A DNA stretch of 64,000 bases, taken from positions 216,298-280,297 of the forward strand of contig CAWFDW010000003.1 in NCBI GenBank assembly GCA_963814715.1, in the 5' to 3' direction. The notes beneath the pieces were generated by a model. That model was not told the origin of the DNA and did not search any database. It saw only the letters and a program-made list of their open reading frames with translations. This stretch comes from an uncultured delta proteobacterium (lineage in GTDB: Bacteria > Desulfobacterota > Binatia > Binatales > Binataceae). Shown here in pieces: positions 57,527-64,000 of this stretch (position 1 is the stretch's first letter; each line of letters opens with the position of its first letter). The position numbers were made by a program, and so were the translations under genes.

Positions 57527-59902
57527 ATGGGAAGTACGTGCGCCAGTGTTCATATCCTGTGGCGCGGGAGCGTCGGCGATGCCGCCAAGGCCATCAGCCG
57601 GGCCTACACGAAACTCGGCTACGAGCGAGCAAAGAAGGCGCCGCCCGCGGGTGGCAAGCATGTGATTCTGCTCGCGCGTGATGGCGAAGGTTACATCTCG
57701 ATTTACGACAGCACGAATGCGGACCTCGACAGCGGCGAGCTGAAGGATGCGGCGCTGGCTGCGTCCCGGCTGCTCAAGGCAGGCGCTGTCTTCACCAGCC
57801 TGTATGACAGCGACAGCTACGAGTTTGTCGTTTTCAACAACGGCAGACAGATCGATTTGCTGATGTCGGACGTGGAAAGCTACAGCGGGCCGCTGAAGCG
57901 GCTGAGCGAAAAGGCACGCGTCACGCAATGGAACAAGGTGTTCGGAAGAGCGCTTACCCCTGAACAGATCGAGGATGCGGCGACAGAACGGACGGCGTTC
58001 GCAAACGATACGATTGCCAAGCTGTGCGGGCTAGTCGGACTCGCGGGCGACCGGCCGCAAATGCACTATGTGGATTTCCAGGACGAGCCGGATTCCGTCG
58101 CCGCCGCATTATATTTCAAGAGGAAAGTTGCGGCGCGACCCATTCTGCCCGCCGGGCAGATTTCGCTGCGCAACTATTTCGATCCTGATAACAGCAGAAA
58201 GCTTCTGGTCTATCCGGCGAGCTGGCCGATGCCGGTTGGAAATGAAGAGCTGCTGACCTGGCTGATGCTCAGCGAAGGCGCTGGTTTCAGTGGCGGGACG
58301 GCGACCGTCGAAGTTATGGGGCCCGATGGGCTGGCATTCTCAAAGGGGTTCTTGAATGGCGCCAAATTCCACAATGGACAAATCGTTGGCGGATACGAAC
58401 TTCCCAAGGATGCGACAGTCGAAGCTGCGAAGGCATATCTTGAAACCAAGCGCTTTTTGCTGACTCCGGTCGCGCAGACATCGTCTGACTCCCGGCGTTA
58501 CATCGCCGAGTACCCCAACCTGATGGTCCCGCAGATGACTCCCGATCGGACCACGCAGATCCTCGTCGTTCTCCAGCTCCATCTGGCCGCCTCAATAGCG
58601 GGCGAGTGGGAAGTCAAAGTAACGCTACGACCGGGATCGCAGAACGGCCATTCCTACGATCTGCCGCCGGCGCGCGTTGCGGCGGTCGAACCGACGTGGA
58701 TACCAGTGGTCTCGGGACTCAATCCGAAGACAACCTATGACACCGCCGATCTCGTTGAAGACCAGCTGCCGGATCACCTTCAGGATTTCCTGGTTCGGAG
58801 ATCCGGGCGCCTCCGCGAGATGCCTCCCTCGGAGGCCAGGGCTTTGATCCGAAGCCAGCAATCACAACAGCGGGAGCGTCAGTACAAGACTTGGCTCCAG
58901 GATCTCGAGTACAGGCAGAAGAGACTTCAGAGCGAGCGCGGGCTCGATCACCCTGCGATCGCGTCCAACGTGACAATCCTGCGCGATGATGGACAGGCGA
59001 CGCTCGACGTTTGTCGATCGTACCTGGAGGGCTGGCTTCGCCCGCTTCTGGGCAAAACTGGTGAGGCTCGAATTCGCGCCGAACGGCGGATGACCGAAGC
59101 TTTTCATGTCGGCAAGATGAAGAAGTCATGGCCGATCGCCTCGGTGATGGATGACAAGGCGTGGAGAAAGTTCTTCGAGTACGCAAACGAATATCAGACT
59201 GTCGTCGTTGACTTCGTTGAAGCCGGCGGAGAATTTCCGGTCGCCGGTATGGGGTTTGGCTATTCGCTGCGCGACAGAAAAATCGCTTCGAGGGATACTG
59301 ACGCAGAGTGGAGCGAATATAACGAACGCGTGATGGCGCTGACGCTAGGCAAGATGCGCGGACGCAAGTTCGACGCCGTAAAGCAGGGCGACACGTTGCA
59401 TGTATTCAATTGGACGATCGCACATGAACGGTGCTTTCAATATCTGGAGACCTCCGCGGATGACATGAAGACGACCCTCGATACGTTCGCGGCGGAGTGT
59501 TCTCCCCTGCAGGCGTGGCACGCGCAATCCACGTGGATTCCTCATTTCGACCGGGCCGATGGCTATGAGGCCACCATATACGAGAATATGAGCGTCCTTA
59601 ATTTCTTCAGGGGCATCCTGCTCGAGCAGCAGTGTTCACTGACGGAGCGGAGAATGACCGAGCCGTGGTGCGGCAACGTTTTGCGCATGGTCACGCCGCA
59701 CATGTGGTTATGCGGCAATCTCGTCGATCAGCTGGACAAGGCCACCTTGGAGCAGGTTGCGATCGTCTCTGAAATCAACGGGAGCTTCAAAATCCTGAAG
59801 CGGCAAGATCATGCGATGGAAGATCTCGAACTCGCCCTATTGCCCATCCTTCCGATCGAAAGCTCACGGCTCAGACTGATGCCGCTGCCGATGCAAAACT
59901 GA
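57527..59902 (+). CDS. large orphan protein (791 aa), no domain recognised
   Basis: ATG 57527 lies 7 nt after GGGAG; the track start TTG 57524 is one codon earlier. Long uninterrupted ORF with ordinary amino-acid composition. I could find no signal peptide, TM helix, Walker motif or nuclease motif. Confidence 0.8.
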   Translation: MGSTCASVHILWRGSVGDAAKAISRAYTKLGYERAKKAPPAGGKHVILLARDGEGYISIYDSTNADLDSGELKDAALAASRLLKAGAVFTSLYDSDSYEFVVFNNGRQIDLLMSDVESYSGPLKRLSEKARVTQWNKVFGRALTPEQIEDAATERTAFANDTIAKLCGLVGLAGDRPQMHYVDFQDEPDSVAAALYFKRKVAARPILPAGQISLRNYFDPDNSRKLLVYPASWPMPVGNEELLTWLMLSEGAGFSGGTATVEVMGPDGLAFSKGFLNGAKFHNGQIVGGYELPKDATVEAAKAYLETKRFLLTPVAQTSSDSRRYIAEYPNLMVPQMTPDRTTQILVVLQLHLAASIAGEWEVKVTLRPGSQNGHSYDLPPARVAAVEPTWIPVVSGLNPKTTYDTADLVEDQLPDHLQDFLVRRSGRLREMPPSEARALIRSQQSQQRERQYKTWLQDLEYRQKRLQSERGLDHPAIASNVTILRDDGQATLDVCRSYLEGWLRPLLGKTGEARIRAERRMTEAFHVGKMKKSWPIASVMDDKAWRKFFEYANEYQTVVVDFVEAGGEFPVAGMGFGYSLRDRKIASRDTDAEWSEYNERVMALTLGKMRGRKFDAVKQGDTLHVFNWTIAHERCFQYLETSADDMKTTLDTFAAECSPLQAWHAQSTWIPHFDRADGYEATIYENMSVLNFFRGILLEQQCSLTERRMTEPWCGNVLRMVTPHMWLCGNLVDQLDKATLEQVAIVSEINGSFKILKRQDHAMEDLELALLPILPIESSRLRLMPLPMQN

Positions 59903-60183
59903 CCCAGGGTCGCCGATTTCTCGCGCTTGCCAAATTTCGACCATCGAAGCAGCGCGCCGCGAGGGGAATTACGCCGCGAACCATCGCTGGTATTCTGAAG
60001 GATCCACTCAAATGTTTTAAGCGGCTCGGTAGAATGTCTTTTTTCGCGCGAAGATTCGATAGAATGTCGCGACCTGCTGACTCCTGTCAGCCACTATTTC
60101 TTTGATCGTCCAGACTTGAGAGAGTCTTGCTTGAGGTGCGGAAACCGTTGAAATATTCAGGCTCTGGGCGACTTGGATAAGTT

Positions 60184-60816
60184 TTGAGAATCACTGCACA
60201 TACGCTGGATCACTTGAAAGCGAACAACCGCGCGTGGGCGGCGCGTATGGTTTCCGCCGATGCCTATTTTTTCAAGCGGCTAGAGCGCCAGCAGGCGCCA
60301 GAGTATTTGTGGATCGGATGCTCCGATAGCCGGGTGCCTGCCAACGAGATTGTGGGTCTCGCACCGGGTGAACTCTTCGTTCATCGCAACGTGGCCAACC
60401 TGGCTCCGCCGCAAGATGCCAATTACCTCTCGGTGCTGCAGTTTGCAGTCGACGTATTGAAGGTCAAGCACGTCATGGTGGTCGGGCACTACGGATGCGG
60501 CGGAGTGAGCGCGGCGGTAGACGGCCAACGGCGCGGTCTCGTGGATCACTGGCTGCAGCCTATCCGCGAGGTCCGCCACCGGCACCGTCGAGAGCTTGAC
60601 GCGATCGCGGATGTGCATGCTCGCGCTGACCGTTTGTGTGAGCTCAACGTCATCCGCCAGGTTATCAACGTAGCGTCTGACGTCATCGTGCAGGATGCTT
60701 GGGCGCGCGGTCAGAACCTTCTCGTTCACGGCTGGGTCTATTCTCTGGCGAATGGCCTGGTGACTGACCTGGACGTGACGATCAGCAGGCCAGAAGAAAT
60801 CGAGCGGCTGGACTAG
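60184..60816 (+). CDS. can: beta-class carbonic anhydrase
   Basis: LWIGCSDSRVP, GELFVHRNVAN and VVGHYGCGG zinc-ligand motifs. Length and layout resemble E. coli Can. Confidence 0.9.
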   Translation: MRITAHTLDHLKANNRAWAARMVSADAYFFKRLERQQAPEYLWIGCSDSRVPANEIVGLAPGELFVHRNVANLAPPQDANYLSVLQFAVDVLKVKHVMVVGHYGCGGVSAAVDGQRRGLVDHWLQPIREVRHRHRRELDAIADVHARADRLCELNVIRQVINVASDVIVQDAWARGQNLLVHGWVYSLANGLVTDLDVTISRPEEIERLD

Positions 60817-60859
60817 CTACAAGATAGTACGAATTCCAGTCTCAATGGACGTCCGTTCT

Positions 60860-61429
60860 TTACTGTGGGCGCGCGTAGAAGTAGTAATCGGCGGTGTAGG
60901 AGACTCGCGCCTGCTGACCTTTGTGCGATGCTTCGCAGCCGTTGACGGGGGCTTTACCGCCTTTCGTTTGCAAGCGCTGGATGCTGGAAACATTCTTCAT
61001 CACACCGTCGCCGGTGTGACCGGTCGCGGTTAGCAGTAGCCACGGAATCGATTCCGGATTCGGGGTAACACTGGCTACAGGTCTCCCGGTTACCTGGCTG
61101 CCGTCCGACCATTTCCAGGCGGGCCCGGCGGAGTGAGATCCCACCTTTTGTCCGGCTTGATCAAAGAGCGTGGCATCGGGTCCGCTGAGAATCCATTTTG
61201 AACCGTCGCAGATGTAAATCTGCTGTCCGGACGCGTGCGCATGGGCTTGCAGGCGTTCGCCGGCGGGCGGCTTGAGAGTCTCCGGCACTGACGGCTGAGT
61301 CTGGCCCCGTGCGCTATGAAATCCGGCCGCGACTACAAAGAAAACAACAGCGCCCAACAGGATAGCTCGTGGCCGTCCAACCTTACTTTTGAATTTCAAA
61401 ACCATCATCCTCTCAAGGCAACGCGACAC
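60860..61429 (-). CDS. DUF3455-family secreted protein
   Basis: Signal peptide, then VPETLKPPAGERL...ASGQQIYIC, GPAWKWSDGSQVTG, IPWLLL, IQRLQTKGGKAP..C, Y.ADYYFY. Confidence 0.75.
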   Translation of the reverse strand: MSRCLERMMVLKFKSKVGRPRAILLGAVVFFVVAAGFHSARGQTQPSVPETLKPPAGERLQAHAHASGQQIYICDGSKWILSGPDATLFDQAGQKVGSHSAGPAWKWSDGSQVTGRPVASVTPNPESIPWLLLTATGHTGDGVMKNVSSIQRLQTKGGKAPVNGCEASHKGQQARVSYTADYYFYARPQ

Positions 61430-61615
61430 TCCCGGAGCTAAGCAGGCTATGAGTAAAAAGGAGAATCATAGGTTAGGGCTCGTCACCGTTGATCGCCAAC
61501 TCCTTCGCCAGCATCAAAGATGGGCGAGGGATTCAACGAGGCGGACACTTTCTTCCACGTGAGAGTTTTCATTTCGCTGATGTGCTAGACCACGGAGCCG
61601 CTCACGAAGATCGCG

Positions 61616-61951
61616 GTGCCCGGTTTGCGCGAGCGACGGCCGTCTTCCTCGCGGTTGTCCTTGCGCAGTGAAGCAGTTCGGCCCGGCGAAGCAGTTCATT
61701 TAGCGGTATGCTCGGCTCATCAGTGGGAGGCCGCCGAGGATCATTTTCGGAATGCGCTGCAAAATGCAGAGTCGATTCCCCACCGTCTCGAACAGGCAGA
61801 GATACGTCGCCTCCATGCAATGATGCTAATCGAGCGCGCTGCCCCCGGTGATCGCCAAGAGGCGCGTAAGCTGCTTGGCGAGGCAAGGGAGACTTACGTT
61901 CATATAGGTATGCTTCGCCACATCGAAATGACTGATTCTCTCCTCGGTTAG
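61616..61951 (+). pseudogene. probable C-terminal relic of a TPR-containing regulator
   Basis: Only the last 90 aa or so look protein-like (HQWEAAEDHFRNALQNAE....EQAEIRRLHAMMLIERAAPGDRQEARKLLGEARETYVHIGMLRHIEMTDSLLG*). This is the typical end of large AAA/TPR or cyclase-TPR regulators. No matching upstream body is present. Confidence 0.35.
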
Positions 61952-62026
61952 GCATCGTAAGAAATCGCAGCAACGCTTCCTGTGAAGTCGTTTTTCACGC
62001 ATTCGAACACACAGGAGTGTAAAGCC

Positions 62027-63257
62027 ATGTTCAAAATTGCCGATGAAATATGTCCTTCCGCGATGAAGCCCGTCGCTGACAGAAATGAACGCTCGACGAG
62101 AACGCTCGATGCCGTGCGCGAGCTCGCTCCGAAAATCCGTGCTGCGTCCGACGAGATCGAGCAGGGCCGGCGGCTGCCGCTGCATATCGTGCGAGCAGAT
62201 GCAGCGGGCGGGCGTGTTTCGAATGGCGATGCCGCGAGCGTGGGGCGGACCCGAGCTGAACGTTCTTTCACAGCTGAGAGTGATTGAAGCGCTGTCGATC
62301 GCAGATGCGTCGGCGGGTTGGTGCGCAATGATCGGCGTCGACGGCGGCTACGTGACCGCGTACATCGACCAAACGGTGGCCCGCGAAATGTATCCGGACA
62401 TCGATTCGGTCACCGCGGTCACATTTGCCCCGCCGGGCAAGGCTGTAAGGAAAGGAGATGGCTTCGTCGTCAACGGGCGATGGCCGTTCGCGAGCGGATG
62501 CCAACACGCTACGTGGTTTATTGGCCATTTCTTCATCTTTGATGGTGATTCGCCGCGCCTCCAGCCCAACGGCCTACCTGAAACCCGCTTCGGCTTTCTG
62601 CCTGCCGAGGAGTGCGAGATTATTGATACGTGGACGACCAGTGGGCTTCGTGGAAGCGGCAGTCACGATTGGACGGTAAAGGATCGATTCATCCCTGAGG
62701 CACGAACGTTCAATCTTGCTGCACCAACTTTGTATAGGAATGGCCCGTTGTACAGGCTTCCCAACTTGCTGGTGTATAAGGCGGCTGCGGTCGTTTTAGG
62801 AATCGCTCGCGGTGCAATCGACGATTTCATCGCACTGGCTTCGAACAAGCCGCTGACCTTCAAATCGCACAGCGTCGGCAATGGGATGTTGCGCGACGAG
62901 ACCTATGCTCAATGCACAGTCGCGCAGGCGGAGGCCTTGGTCAGCTCCGCAAGGGGCTTTGTCTTCGAAGCGGTCGGCGACATGTGGAATAAGTTGCTGA
63001 CCGGCGAGCTCCCTTCACTTAAGCAGCGCGCCCGTGCCAGGCTCGCGATGGTTCATGCGAGCACGGCATGCACGCAGGCAGTTGAACTCATCTATAAGGC
63101 GACCGGAGGCTCCTCTGTATATGCCGGTAACGCGTTCGATCGTCGCCTGCGCGATATCCAGACCGCCAATCAGCATACGGTGGTCTCACTTAAGACCTGG
63201 GAAGTAACTGGCCGTGTGCTGCTTGGGCTAGAGCCGAACTACGGCTTGCTGTTCTGA
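62027..63257 (+). CDS. acyl-CoA dehydrogenase-fold flavoprotein (two-component monooxygenase-like); frameshift at 62192
   Basis: ATG 62027 lies 9 nt after AGGAG. The N-terminus ...LDAVRELAPKIRAASDEIEQGRRLPLHIV joins EQMQRAGVFRMAMPRAWGGPEL after skipping C62192. The middle beta-domain (VVNGRWPFASG) and C-terminal helices (FDRRLRDIQTANQH) fit the ACAD/HpaB-like fold. Confidence 0.8.
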
Positions 63258-63282
63258 TCGATCCGGAGCTGAGCTGGCCGCT

Positions 63283-64000
63283 TCACCTTCCACTTTGTTG
63301 TGCGGGGACCAGGACCAGTTCTTTTTCGCGCATCGGCGATGGCGGTTTGCGTTCGTCTTCGATGGCTTTGACGGAGGCCGCCGGGGGAGGGACGACGGCC
63401 GCCGTCTCGCCAAGGACAACCTCGTTTTGGCTGCCCAGCAAAGCTAGATTTGTGCGCGCCGGATCGTAGTCCGGCATGTCGCGAAGGAGCTCACGCCATA
63501 CCAACCATGCGCGGGCAGTCTTTCCCTGCTCGGCATAGATCACACCCAGCGTGTTCCGCGCATCGGGTTGGTCGGGATTCAATCGCAGCGACGCCAGCAT
63601 CTCGCGCTCGGCGTCTACCAGCAGTCGCCGCCGCTCATAGACGAGGGCGAGATTGAAGTGCGATTCGGAATGGTTTTCACCGAGGAGCACCGCCTGCTCC
63701 AGACTGTCGCTTGCTGCGTCCAGGTCGCCGCTTTGGAGCTGAGCCAGCCCCAGGTTCAGGAATAAATCCCAATTTCTCAGTCCCAGCGCGGCGGCACGCT
63801 GATACTCTGTGACCTCCGCCGGTTTGTTGCCGATCATTCCTTGGGCAAAACCCAGATGATAGTGAGTGAGTGCGTTGTCCGGATGCTCGTGCACAACTTC
63901 GGTGTGAAGACGAATCGCCCCCGGGTAGTCTTCAATGCCCAGGGCATAGTCCGCACGGACATCGCAGACTTGCTGCTCGCCTCCAGCCGCGCCTGCCATG
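63283..64000 (-). CDS. TPR-repeat protein, 5' end possibly beyond the window
   Basis: At least 5 TPR units (..HYHLGFAQGMIGN, NLGLAQLQSGDLDAA, HFNLALVYERRRL, RNTLGVIYAEQGK..). The ORF reaches the window edge; an ATG sits at 63997-63999. Confidence 0.75.
   Translation of the reverse strand, partial: MAGAAGGEQQVCDVRADYALGIEDYPGAIRLHTEVVHEHPDNALTHYHLGFAQGMIGNKPAEVTEYQRAAALGLRNWDLFLNLGLAQLQSGDLDAASDSLEQAVLLGENHSESHFNLALVYERRRLLVDAEREMLASLRLNPDQPDARNTLGVIYAEQGKTARAWLVWRELLRDMPDYDPARTNLALLGSQNEVVLGETAAVVPPPAASVKAIEDERKPPSPMREKELVLVPAQQSGR

Overview
High-GC bacterial chromosome segment (about 60-65 % GC by eye) with Gram-negative-type envelope genes: an OprB-type porin, an OmpA-domain lipoprotein and many lipobox or signal-peptide proteins. 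I support about 60 protein genes, 3 tRNAs (Arg-CCT, Leu-TAG, Ser-TGA), a few hairpin terminators and two dispersed intergenic repeat families. I recognised no rRNA, CRISPR array, integrase, transposase, phage gene or known defence gene. Most content is ordinary metabolism and transport:
- ilvD, modABC, msrA and nadE;
- a three-domain xanthine-dehydrogenase-family molybdoenzyme;
- FAH and VOC ring-cleavage-type enzymes;
- two LLM oxidoreductases, a CPA2 antiporter, ABC transporters, an S53 peptidase, a beta-carbonic anhydrase and an ECF41-type sigma factor.
The dominant technical signal is that about 20 single-nucleotide insertions break otherwise conserved reading frames, with a hot spot at 52.2-55.1 kb. 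This looks like consensus or assembly indel error rather than biology, so the six-frame track splits many genes; I report the repaired spans.
I found no clear-cut new multi-gene system. The best candidates for something undescribed are:
1. 47.4-50.2 kb: an operon of an SCP2-like protein, a diiron (ExxH x2) ferritin-like protein and a paralogue that has lost the metal ligands.
2. 6.7-8.2 kb: two tandem paralogous secreted Ala/Gly/Thr/Ser decapeptide-repeat proteins with Cys-capped conserved ends.
3. 14.3-16.2 kb: an AT-richer orphan pair, a lipoprotein plus a secreted Cys-rich protein.
4. 57.5-59.9 kb: a stand-alone 792-aa orphan flanked by long AT-rich spacers.
All family names come from motif recognition by eye. 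No database search was run.
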